Positions 47,801-57,500 of a stretch of 64,000 nucleotides of DNA are shown here, one piece after another. Position 1 is the stretch's first letter; each line of letters begins with the position of its first letter. The DNA is taken from the IMG/VR virus record IMGVR_UViG_3300027833_000011; one strand, given 5' to 3'. The DNA is from a virus. Lineage: Duplodnaviria > Caudoviricetes. Position numbers and translations under genes: made by a program. The notes beneath the pieces were generated by a model. The model was not told the origin of the DNA. It worked only from the letters and a program-made list of their open reading frames with translations, and did not search any database.

Positions 47801-49275
47801 CAGGATTAGATGAAAACCCCGAAAAGTTTAGAAATGGGGTACTACATTGTATATATAATGGTCGATATTATGGTAAGGTAAAGAAAAAAGGACCATATCG
47901 TGTTGATTCAGATGCGGCAAAAAAAGGAACAATTTCGGGTTATTCTGAATTTAGAGACGGTGTTTACACCATAGTTCCTTTAGCTGGAAGAACCGGTGAG
48001 ATGTTAAACGACTACAGAAGAAGAAAGTTATTTGGTAAATTAATGTGTGGTGGTGTGGTTTCATATACCTTCTCTAACTCATGGTTAAATGGGGCGTTAT
48101 ATTTCTTTCAGTTTATGAAAAGAGGTAGTAATAGATATTGTAAAGACTGTTTATATAGGAAAGTAGATGAAACTGGCGTTCACTACTATTACAGGTCATC
48201 ACCATTTAATCCAAACTATAGTCAAGGAGAAAATCAATATAACTACAGTAATGACGGGAACAATATAGGTTTAAATAGTCAATTAACTGAGGACTATATG
48301 AATAAAACTAAAGGGTTTTATGGGGTTTCTAGAGACGGGAATCACAGAGAAATTAATTATCCAACGACTGTGATGGATTTAGGTCCTAGAAATACTTGGT
48401 TAAATGAGATTTGTGCGGATAACGAATTAGACCCTAACTGTTCAATAAGTAGAAGTGTTGGTGCCACCTCATATAAAGGTGTTGATGACCTAATGGAATA
48501 TATTATACAGTCAAAAGAAATTAAAGAAAGAGGTCGATTAAAGGTTAGTGATTTATTTGATAGTAGGAAAGGTAAGATTGATGGGGATATTTCTCAGTTA
48601 ATGAATTTTAACACACAAACAGGAATATATCCGTTTGAAATTGAAGAAGAGGACTCACCGTATATGGACCTATATAATGGTATTTTTGATTCTAAAGGGC
48701 CTATAGGAATTAAAATGTTTTATTCTGAAGACGACCCCGACACTCCTGAGTTAGAACAATTAGGAGGGTTAATAAGGGCCTGTCTTAATGAACCTGGAAG
48801 GTTAGGTGATACATCACAAAGAGTTCCCTATTTTTTATGGAATACTAGGGGTCACGGTTTTGGTGAAAGAGTGGTAGGTGATGGTAATAGTGTCAACGGA
48901 GTGTTTAATGACGTTGCGTTACCATTTTTTGATGAACTTGGTGCGATTTTAAGTAGGTCAGGTGAAAAACAAAGTTATTACGAGAATAAGGTTTATAACC
49001 AAAGACTACAAATGTTTAAAGCAAATCTTAATGAAGATTTAAACAATGACCCGTCGGATAATGAATATCTTAAACCTTATTTATTACCTCCAATCATCGA
49101 TTGTATTGAGGTCAATGGTGAAAAATTAAAGGCTAATGACAATTATAAAGAGTATACTGTTAATCAAAAACGTGCTCATTTTATGGAAATAGGTGTTCCG
49201 TTTCATTTCCAACTAGGGTTGAGAAAAGGTTCTACCGCATATGATAAATTTGTTGAAAATTACGGACCTAAATAA
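44899..49275 (+). CDS. Large tail/baseplate-associated protein with an N-terminal carboxypeptidase-regulatory-like Ig domain
   Basis: VVVGRVFTNGGYGVPNARVSIF and KTNDSGDFMLFGVPLGTHTLH; within the wedge cluster; TATTTAT at 44876-44882. Confidence 0.6.
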   Translation: MSKSYRIRTTPGVDTNIKINIDQDFDTLDILSLKMTQTGDYTSLCADFGVVVGRVFTNGGYGVPNARVSIFVPIDNIDEDNPVINEIYPFKTSTSRNEKGYRYNLLPNIRQHSGHTPTGTFPSKVDVLTQEHVLEVYDKYYKYSAKTNDSGDFMLFGVPLGTHTLHYDLDLSDIGCQSLVPYDLKYEGVSDEKFENAYTFMSSDNLDSLPQIISTQKTVNVEPFWGNPELCQIGITRSDFDLKERGVRIDPYAIMMGGTFTDSGKDALRVSCNVDNQMGEKCRLTTFKGDIEAIRFSGQYETKSDDSGEIDMKRPILESVLLDTQVDEKGVYFFRVPMNMKYVTTDEFGYLVESKDEDVGIPTMGNYRFRISLNEDTGERNRFTGKYLIPNVREYHNDNDTNFVGGRSTIDPKSYSFSTNLDDYPEAAISEIAGMSQDAINNNQVGVPQDYFYQYRYGRVYTASSFINQYWKTGWWERVFKIFVRDRNESFIGIKEIWPSEKDDCANTNNFFPINDAVRNHRFNFFILTILSFVDYLGKFITLLINEFVTRVLFLIAAALESIKVAKRAAAKMYRNAKEYQFNNIMKLRLITYPDCYDCEEDENPNQTTTNVDIIDSDVISTYEGDTVPTPTHQNLDFEEKYTRVSDDCWLHTVKNETPNDITILSTDFKDCDGEYMINDIVVSPDEEIELRGVRFNTQTTTQELILTNLNLSFPTLPNNVANPRELTEPQSYNPDGDLYFPIGLIPPPTVVNPGGEEIYLYERWVIRINVFDDETVVVPIGIGQTYDIVWSEQWNTWVIKDIYDEIAEVLAEVYNKEVDEPISNTCHPNSGVVKVEYLWKIDDVEPEDVVFTEIESGCSKYDYIIEDEPGSNGFFGGDMNLRPFVDGFDTTGDGIEDIVTYVEAKEYLDNNPPREDIFPFTTGQSAIWRQYDTTENYEENILGENEEECEPRPPYNVLAVLSKHRKAGLDENPEKFRNGVLHCIYNGRYYGKVKKKGPYRVDSDAAKKGTISGYSEFRDGVYTIVPLAGRTGEMLNDYRRRKLFGKLMCGGVVSYTFSNSWLNGALYFFQFMKRGSNRYCKDCLYRKVDETGVHYYYRSSPFNPNYSQGENQYNYSNDGNNIGLNSQLTEDYMNKTKGFYGVSRDGNHREINYPTTVMDLGPRNTWLNEICADNELDPNCSISRSVGATSYKGVDDLMEYIIQSKEIKERGRLKVSDLFDSRKGKIDGDISQLMNFNTQTGIYPFEIEEEDSPYMDLYNGIFDSKGPIGIKMFYSEDDPDTPELEQLGGLIRACLNEPGRLGDTSQRVPYFLWNTRGHGFGERVVGDGNSVNGVFNDVALPFFDELGAILSRSGEKQSYYENKVYNQRLQMFKANLNEDLNNDPSDNEYLKPYLLPPIIDCIEVNGEKLKANDNYKEYTVNQKRAHFMEIGVPFHFQLGLRKGSTAYDKFVENYGPK

Positions 49276-49276
49276 T

Positions 49277-49948
49277 ATGAAACGAAACCCGAGTCATTTC
49301 ATAATATATTTTCTTTATAAAGAGGAAGAAAAGTTATTATATAAGTTTTTATCTAAAATAACCCATAGTGTTATGGGAACAACAACAAATATTGATGGGA
49401 TTATACGTGATATAAACAAGTTTGTTAAAAAATACGAAGGTATTAAACTTAAACAAATTAACTTGACCAGTTATGGTTCTGGTTATAGGTTAGTTGAGGG
49501 GTTAACTAAAGAAGATGTTATTAAAGTGATAGACTCATTGAGTTCTGTAATAACTAAAGAAACTAAGATAATGTTTACTACCTGTTACAGTGGGTCTACC
49601 TATCGAAAACTTGTGGAATTGTCAGAACATTATGATGGTATGGGTATCTATGGTATGTATGGTAATTACGGACTAACGTCTAAGATGACTAAGTGTAAAT
49701 GTAAAGAAAAGGGGTTAAGTCAAAAAATAATAAATGAAATACCCAAAAGTAGGTACGGGTTTGAACATGATGAGGTTATGGTAGTGAATACTATTAGGAG
49801 AGATGAAAATGAAGTGATTAATTGGAGTCGTTGTGGAATGGCATATCAATACGACAAAACTATGAAAGAAAATGGTGTTTGTGAAGAATCTAAACAACCA
49901 TATACGTTATTAAAATCGATTAGGAATTATTTATTTAATATACAGTAA
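49277..49948 (+). CDS. Hypothetical protein, possible caspase-hemoglobinase-like fold
   Basis: Start set at MKRNPS, right after the upstream stop; INLTSYGSG and IMFTTCYSG segments. Confidence 0.55.
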   Translation: MKRNPSHFIIYFLYKEEEKLLYKFLSKITHSVMGTTTNIDGIIRDINKFVKKYEGIKLKQINLTSYGSGYRLVEGLTKEDVIKVIDSLSSVITKETKIMFTTCYSGSTYRKLVELSEHYDGMGIYGMYGNYGLTSKMTKCKCKEKGLSQKIINEIPKSRYGFEHDEVMVVNTIRRDENEVINWSRCGMAYQYDKTMKENGVCEESKQPYTLLKSIRNYLFNIQ

Positions 49949-51696
49949 TGGAAAATAAAAAAATTATATTACCTGAGTTAAGGTTTAAAGGTTCTGAAGA
50001 GACAGATATGTCTTTAAAGGTTGAACTTACTCAAGAAGGTAGGCATATAGTTGAAGGGGATAGAACAGTTATTTTAAGTCAGTCAGAACAATACGATACT
50101 GAAAGACAGAAATCGGACAAGTATAGATTGACGGGTGTTATAAGACCCATATGGAAAAATATTACAGACTTATCAACGACTAACCTTGAAATATTACATA
50201 ACTTATTTTTCGTTAACGAGAAAATTGAAGAGATTATTAACGAAACAGACGATAATTCTCCTTCTGACTTAGATTTATCTGAGTTAATAGGTCGAATACC
50301 GATGAAAGAAATGACTTTTATTCGTGAAGACTATAATGGTGGTATTGCGTCTGAAGAATTTTTTGATATTACAGGAAATAAAAACTATTCGTGGTATAAT
50401 AACGGTAATGGTTTTGGTTCTGTTTTTTCTGATAGAATTAATTGGAATTTATATTTAACCTATCCTAGTGAGAAATTTGTTCCCACTGTCGGTGACAAAA
50501 TTAAATTAAACTTACCTGAACAAGAAGGGACAATTGAATTTGATTTGGATAATGGGTTACCATTCAAAGCGACTGATAACGGTTCGTATTTTGAATTTTA
50601 TACGCCACTTAAACATGGATTAAGTAAGGACGATTTTGTCGAGATTAATGGTGTGGTTTATAGTGTTGATGTTATTGGTAATCAAAAATATCGTTCAGAA
50701 GATAGAATATTTGGAATTTATAAAGGACAGTTTGAAGACGGTGTCGTATTAGATGAGGGTGGTTTTAAGAGAGTGATTGAAAAAAACAATCCTGAAGAAA
50801 CGACCTCAGAGTATTATATGGTTAAACATAAAATACTTAAAACCCACGAGGCGTTTGAGGTACAAAAAAACGCATTTGAATCTTCAATTTTTGAGAATGA
50901 ACAATATATACAAAAATACGGATTAAATGATAATAATGAACCGTCATATGAAGAACAAGGTGTTGTAAGGACACAAGAAAACGGAAATACATATATGTTT
51001 ATCTTAAAGGATGAGGTAGATGTTGACGGATTAGTTGACCATTTAGAAAGACCATTAACAAACATTAACGTTAGTGTCTTACATAGAAATAATATGAAGA
51101 TGTTCAACCAACAACAATATGGTTTTGAAAGACAATTCGGTTATGGAAACGAAGATGCGTTAACTAAGGTTGAAGAAAGTTTATATGATGGTAATAATAA
51201 GGTAGTTAAAGACTTATCGGTTGGTGATACTATTATGGGTGGTATTTATGAGTATAACCCATATGAAATGATAGAAAGGAAGGTAACAGACAGACACTTA
51301 AGACTATCGTTTAATGATGATTTTTTCGATAGAAAAACGATAAATGGGACTACATACCCTAATGGACCTGAAGGTTACTATTATAACCCACATTTTGAAT
51401 ATAAGTTAAGGGTATATTCGGATTATATTGAAGAGTCTGACACTAGTAATATATATAACTTACCATCATATGCCAAATACTTTCAAAAAGAAAATGTTTG
51501 GAAATGGAGAGATATATGGTCAAAGGGTTATGTTAATCCTGAAGGATTAGGTGTTGATTATCCGTTTATTAATGGATGTCATTACATTAATAATGTTGAA
51601 AATTTATATATAAAACCAGACACCATTGATGGTGTTACTAATAGTAGAGTAGAGGATACTCGAATAAACCCATTCTTAATAGACGATTGTGAGTAA
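49948..51696 (+). CDS. Putative virion structural protein (582 aa)
   Basis: Translationally coupled to neighbours in the tail cluster; no enzyme motif seen. Confidence 0.65.
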   Translation: MENKKIILPELRFKGSEETDMSLKVELTQEGRHIVEGDRTVILSQSEQYDTERQKSDKYRLTGVIRPIWKNITDLSTTNLEILHNLFFVNEKIEEIINETDDNSPSDLDLSELIGRIPMKEMTFIREDYNGGIASEEFFDITGNKNYSWYNNGNGFGSVFSDRINWNLYLTYPSEKFVPTVGDKIKLNLPEQEGTIEFDLDNGLPFKATDNGSYFEFYTPLKHGLSKDDFVEINGVVYSVDVIGNQKYRSEDRIFGIYKGQFEDGVVLDEGGFKRVIEKNNPEETTSEYYMVKHKILKTHEAFEVQKNAFESSIFENEQYIQKYGLNDNNEPSYEEQGVVRTQENGNTYMFILKDEVDVDGLVDHLERPLTNINVSVLHRNNMKMFNQQQYGFERQFGYGNEDALTKVEESLYDGNNKVVKDLSVGDTIMGGIYEYNPYEMIERKVTDRHLRLSFNDDFFDRKTINGTTYPNGPEGYYYNPHFEYKLRVYSDYIEESDTSNIYNLPSYAKYFQKENVWKWRDIWSKGYVNPEGLGVDYPFINGCHYINNVENLYIKPDTIDGVTNSRVEDTRINPFLIDDCE

Positions 51697-52630
51697 AGTA
51701 CGAATAGTTAAAGGTAAGAGTTTAAATATCCCTATTAGTTTAGAGACTAAATTTGATATTACGGGTCAGGAGGATTTGATTGAGAAATTTTCAGATGATG
51801 TATTACAGGAGATTATAAATCCTGTGAAAGATTATGAGGTCTCTAAATTCATACATAATTATTGTGATGAAGGTGATGAAGACTGTGTTAATCCTGGTGA
51901 TAACGGGTTATATATTGCTGCTTCATTTATAGATAAAAGTGGGGAGTCACCATTTTGGATTGACGAGTATTATCCACAGGGGTTTGAAGAACGAGAATTA
52001 GTATTATTTAGTAATGCGGTTAAAAACAGTTTTTTTAAGTTAGATTTTTTCGATACAACATCAAGAGAAAAACAGAAATTACAGTTAACTAAAATAATAC
52101 CGATATATCTTTCAAATTTATCTATTTACGATGCTGATTATGACGGTATTGCGGATTATGAGGATGATATGGTGGATATTGATGGTGACGGTGTTGATGA
52201 TAACACTGCTGGAGGTGTCAGTGGTCCAAACGAGCAGGATTATATCGATGAGTTTGGGGATAGATTTGAGGATAGTAGTAAATTAACACGAATAGACGTT
52301 GGAACGTACATAGTCCCAAATATTTACTCGAATAATGTTAAAAATAATGAAGTTTCTGATTTATTTGTTTTTAAAAGTTTAAGTACAAAACCCTTTAACG
52401 AGTTTTATATGGGTTGTAGATTTTTTAATGCGAAGACGGGTGATGTGGTTAGAATGACTAATGACCCATTAGTTGATTCAGGGATAAACCCTAAAAAAGA
52501 TTTTTACTATAAGGTTAAGTTAAATAGACAAAAATTAACTTATGAAATTTATGATTATAGTGATGGTGTTGAAGGGAATAGAGTTGGTGATTCAGAAGAC
52601 AACCCATTAATGTTTTATCAAATGTTATAA
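51689..52630 (+). CDS. Putative virion structural protein with an Asp/Gly Ca-binding-like repeat
   Basis: GTG start overlapping the upstream stop; DADYDGIADYEDDMVDIDGDGVDDN. Confidence 0.65.
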   Translation: MSKVRIVKGKSLNIPISLETKFDITGQEDLIEKFSDDVLQEIINPVKDYEVSKFIHNYCDEGDEDCVNPGDNGLYIAASFIDKSGESPFWIDEYYPQGFEERELVLFSNAVKNSFFKLDFFDTTSREKQKLQLTKIIPIYLSNLSIYDADYDGIADYEDDMVDIDGDGVDDNTAGGVSGPNEQDYIDEFGDRFEDSSKLTRIDVGTYIVPNIYSNNVKNNEVSDLFVFKSLSTKPFNEFYMGCRFFNAKTGDVVRMTNDPLVDSGINPKKDFYYKVKLNRQKLTYEIYDYSDGVEGNRVGDSEDNPLMFYQML

Positions 52631-53589
52631 TGAAAAAGACAATTAAGAAAATATCAGACAATACTAATTATCGACTTAAGGTTTATTTAGAACAAGACTA
52701 TGACAATGTCGGTTTATATACTCCGACTGATGGTGATATTGGTCATATTGATGTATTATGTAATTTTGTTGTTCAAACCAATGAGAATGATACGACAGTT
52801 AAATTACGTGATAGTGTTAATGACGATAAATATAAATTTATGAAAAGTCTTTCATATAGTGTTGATTGGGGTGACGGAAATCAAAACACATACCAAGTTA
52901 ATGGTGTATTAAACACACATCAATATAGTGGTAATGGTTCGTATGATATAACACTTACGATTGATACTCCATGGGGTAGAAATAAACAGGTAAAGAAAGT
53001 GACAGTCCCTTCAGACATTGATATTACGTTTGACGTTAATGCGACCACTCCCGAGAGTTTAGGGTATGACTACGAAATGTTATCGTATGTTAATACTTCA
53101 GGTGTTATAATATGTGATGGTGGGGTTAGTCGTTTAAATGAATTAAGAAGATATGGTGTAAATGGATTACAGGCTACTATTACCGAGGTTGAGGGTAAAT
53201 CGGGAATTGACGGTATATCTCAGATAACTAGTGGGTTATCGACGACAAATATGGTTTATGTGTATTTCATTGACGGGATTAAGTATATGGATGATGAGGA
53301 AACGGGATACACCACGATTAGTGTTTATCCATCATTATTTACGGATGGACAAAACGAAGGGTTTACTCACGAACTTTTGAGTATGGATACAGGTCCTGTG
53401 GTACATCAAGAGGTGTTTCATGGGATAACAAACGAAATTGAGATACAATCAGATATCTTTATTGAGAGAGGTAAACAGGCTCCGTTTGAGTTCTATTATA
53501 AGATGGGTGAGGTATCCAATATGAAGGAACTTGAACAGAATGGAAATAAATTCTTCAAGATTAACGATTCTGATGATATTAGGGACTAA
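52630..53589 (+). CDS. PKD-domain virion protein
   Basis: YSVDWGDG...HQYSGNGSYDITLT is a PKD signature. Confidence 0.75.
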   Translation: MKKTIKKISDNTNYRLKVYLEQDYDNVGLYTPTDGDIGHIDVLCNFVVQTNENDTTVKLRDSVNDDKYKFMKSLSYSVDWGDGNQNTYQVNGVLNTHQYSGNGSYDITLTIDTPWGRNKQVKKVTVPSDIDITFDVNATTPESLGYDYEMLSYVNTSGVIICDGGVSRLNELRRYGVNGLQATITEVEGKSGIDGISQITSGLSTTNMVYVYFIDGIKYMDDEETGYTTISVYPSLFTDGQNEGFTHELLSMDTGPVVHQEVFHGITNEIEIQSDIFIERGKQAPFEFYYKMGEVSNMKELEQNGNKFFKINDSDDIRD

Positions 53590-53629
53590 AAAATTTAATA
53601 AAATACTATTTATAATAATATAAAAAGAG

Positions 53630-54538
53630 ATGGCAACAGGTAATTACGGAATAAAGAGACCAGCAGATGTTACACCTTCCGATGTGGAGGTTTTTTTACA
53701 TTATGCTTCAGATAGAGATTCAAATACGGCGCCAGTGTTTAAAAAATTAAATGCTAGCGATATTTTGTCACCTGTTTTCCATAACGATGTGACAGGTGGT
53801 ACTCAAGAAACAGAGATGTTAGGAGGGTTGTATAACTTAACACTTGAAAGTGGAGAATTTTCAGATTTAGGGGTGTATAACTTATACATCAGACCAAAAG
53901 AAATAAGAACAAACATTACAGATTGTGGTGTGTTATTAACATTACCAAACGTTAAGGGATTGATATTTGACGTATCAAGTATACCATCAGAAGATAGAGG
54001 TAAATTTGTAAATAACGGATTGGTTGGTTATAGAATTGAATACTTAGACGATAGTGGTAAAAAGATTAGTAACTTCTACAGAGTTATAACGAGTAGTTTT
54101 TTCTGTGAACCGATTGTTGCTAATTTAACAAATACAAATCAAAAATCTTTAAGATATAGATATACGAGTAATCCTACGAGTTTAGTGTATTGTACTGTAA
54201 CTCCGAGCACTGCTCCAACAAATAATCCAAATGAGATTCCATTTATTGGCGAACCAAACCAAAATGTTATCTTAACCAATACTTACTTTAACCCTGTACA
54301 CATGGAGGTTGAGTTAGTAGAACACGACGAACAAACATTAGCATACGCATTGTATGGTAATCAAACTAAGTCAATTGAAGACGGAATATACACGATTTAC
54401 GATAAAGAGAATAATATATACAGACAGTATAACTTATTTGAAATACGTGATGAAATTAATAATAAATTATATGAGGTCCGTGAAGATAGAATTGATGATA
54501 TCGACACGTCCAAAGGTTTTGATAATATAGCGAATTAA
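53630..54538 (+). CDS. Putative baseplate/virion structural protein (302 aa)
   Basis: TATTTAT at 53607-53613; its stop overlaps the start of the next gene. Confidence 0.65.
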   Translation: MATGNYGIKRPADVTPSDVEVFLHYASDRDSNTAPVFKKLNASDILSPVFHNDVTGGTQETEMLGGLYNLTLESGEFSDLGVYNLYIRPKEIRTNITDCGVLLTLPNVKGLIFDVSSIPSEDRGKFVNNGLVGYRIEYLDDSGKKISNFYRVITSSFFCEPIVANLTNTNQKSLRYRYTSNPTSLVYCTVTPSTAPTNNPNEIPFIGEPNQNVILTNTYFNPVHMEVELVEHDEQTLAYALYGNQTKSIEDGIYTIYDKENNIYRQYNLFEIRDEINNKLYEVREDRIDDIDTSKGFDNIAN

Positions 54539-57500
54539 TGGCGAACATTAGATTTCCTTCTAACGGTAGTGGTACATTCTCAGATGGTCTTGTAGGGGGT
54601 CAGAATACTGAGGGTAATGATTTCACGCAGAAAAACTTTTCTGAAGAAGGGACTCCTGTTGTTAGAGATACTAAAAGTTTTACAACTTCAGATTTTTCTA
54701 AACCAATTTCTTTAGAGGACTTAAACAGTGAGGAATCTATTAAAGAGGTTAGTAAATTATTTGACCAATCATTAAAAATAAAGTTTAACACTGAAAAGGG
54801 GTCCAAAGATTTGTTTGGGTCTGCTTTCTTAAGAGCTAAGGTTGCGGTTGAGAATATTGCAAACACATTTCCAGCGTCTTTAAGAGTGTTTAAAACAACA
54901 ACCGACGCTCAGACCGTTGATACGGCATATGACGTTGTAAACAATCTACAATTTAATACCACGACCTTTAAAATACCATTAAGAGCGATTAGAAATCCAT
55001 TAGGGATTGAATATAGTAATATTGGTTTAAAAGTTTTCGATGGACAATACGATACTGATAGAAATTTTGCTAAAGAATTTACAAAATATGTTTTATTGTT
55101 TTCGGGTGTTGAATATAAAATTAAAAAGGTTTTATTACCAGAAAACAGATATAATGGTGAACTATCAATTACTGTTCACGGAAAACCATTTACAGGTCCA
55201 ACACAGGAAGAATTCTACATTAAGTTAAACGACATCTTATTTGAGAAGAAGTTTGAATTAATGGACGATTTTGAACAGTTATTATTGGATAGAGAGAACG
55301 TTCCATTATATGAGGCTAAGTTTAAAGTTCCTAAAGAAACGAGTGACGGTAAATTGTACTTTGGTGATGAAAAAATAAAATGGGAATTGTCTGATGACTT
55401 TAACATTGTGGTTGAAGGGAATAAATTTGAAAGATATTTAGAGAAATTATTTGAAACGTGTGAAGTTATTGATAACTACAAATCTAATTTAATTGCTCGT
55501 TTTTTATCAACGGCTTCTTTACAGGAGTTTGACACTGAAGGTCAAAAAGTTAAGAAAATTTTCCAACTATACGGTAGATTTTTTGATGATGTAAAAAAAT
55601 TCATAGACAATATTGCGTATATGAACAATGTTACGTACGATAAGATTAATAACGTACCTGATTTACTATTAAAGAATTTAGCGGGGTTATTAGGGTTAGA
55701 TGTTATAACCTCAATTACGGACCGTAATATCGAAGAGTACTTATATAAGAAAAAAGACAGTCAGTTTGACGGGTTAACAAAAGGAAAAACACCATTTGAG
55801 ACTGACATTGAAATATATAGAAGAATAATATTAAATTCGGCGTACCTCTTCAAATCTAAAGGTACAAGAAAACCCCTTAGATTCTTATTGAGTTTTATTG
55901 GGGCACCTGAATCATTCGTTGAGATAAACGAATACGTTTATAAGGTTATAAATCGAATTGATTACGATAAGTTTTCTGAAAAATTAGATAACGTTATTGA
56001 TGGTGAGTGGTTTGAATCTGACGTAGACTTCAAAACGATAAAAGTTTGGAGTGAAATTAAAGAGGAATGGTTAGATAAGTCGGATTTCCAAAAGAAATAT
56101 CCAAATGTTGAAATAGATGTGTTAGGGTATTTAGAGAATGGTCAACTACCTGACGGTGAGAACCATGGTGACGCTTATATTTTAGATAAAGAACTGATTA
56201 GTGTTGAAGTACAGAAATCGGGTGGGGTATACAATGTTGATGACTATCCAATAGAGAGAGTTGGTACTTCAGACAATTCAATACCTAAAACTCCTACGAT
56301 AACTAACGACTACTTCTTCCAAAAGGGTGCTGGTTGGTTTGAAAGGACAGATTCACATAAGTCTGTTTCGGTATTGGATGAAGAAAGGTCTGATTTGACA
56401 ACTTCTCCAAAAACAATTAAGACAAAATTTGAAGATTTCACTTATGGTGAAAAATTCTATGATAGATATAAAAATTTCCCAAACTTTGATGATGGATGGG
56501 AGTTAAAGGCTGACATCGACAATAAGAAGTCAGATTCAGATACTAACAAGTTTATATTAAACAGAAAGAACGTTGATATATTCCTTAACCCTGGACGAGC
56601 GGTGTTATTTGATTTTGTGAGAACATATCAAAAACACTCATTATCGTATTCAGGTGTGTTATTAAACAATTTAACATTCGCTCAATTCTCTGAATATGGT
56701 TTTTGGAATGGAGTTGAAGTGGGTAAAGGTAAATACGGAAAGAAATATTGGGATTTAATTGAACTTTTTAAAGAATATTACGAAAGTGGTTTAGGTAAGG
56801 CGTATGATTATGACTTAACGTATGCGTACTTAAACAAAATTAGTACGTATTGGATACGTTTGGTTGAACAGTTTATACCGGCAACTACTTTATGGTTTAC
56901 AGGTGAAAAAGTTGAGAATCATAATCTACATAGACCAAAGTTTAATTGGGAAGAACCATGTAGGAACGATGTTATGTCATTAGACTTATCGTTGGCGAAG
57001 ACATTATATGAGACATTAATTGACTCATTAAAAAAATATAAGAATATACCTGACTGTTACGAAAGATTATATCGTTATGGTAATTGGTATTTACAGGTAA
57101 AAATAAATGATAAAATATACCAAATAGGGGGTAAAGATTGGACACATTTCTTCACCTCTACAGAGTCCGATAATATGGGTTCATGTAATTTGGATAATGC
57201 GCAACCAGGAAATCCTAATACTTGTCCACAATACGATAATCCGATTTATATGTTATGTGATTTTGAAACATACATAACGTGTTACCCTGATGAATGTAAA
57301 GATTTTGTAACAACTATAGTTCAGATGTTGTCACAAATTTCCAAAGACATATATAGAGACGAAATTGCTGATAAAGTTAGTGATTGTGATTTTTTATGTG
57401 ATGGCGATGATGGATTGACGTATGTTGCTGACACAGTATTTGGTTCTACTATAAAGACAACTAGTTCAGAGGTTGAAGGGTTAAGTGCTTTTGAGATTGA

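Noticed and set aside
2644-49277. Track start positions at 2644, 8039, 11832, 17864, 31387 and 49241
   Set aside because: They overlap upstream genes, terminators or the TATTTAT motif; downstream ATGs (2689, 8006, 11859, 17927, 31417, 49277) fit better.
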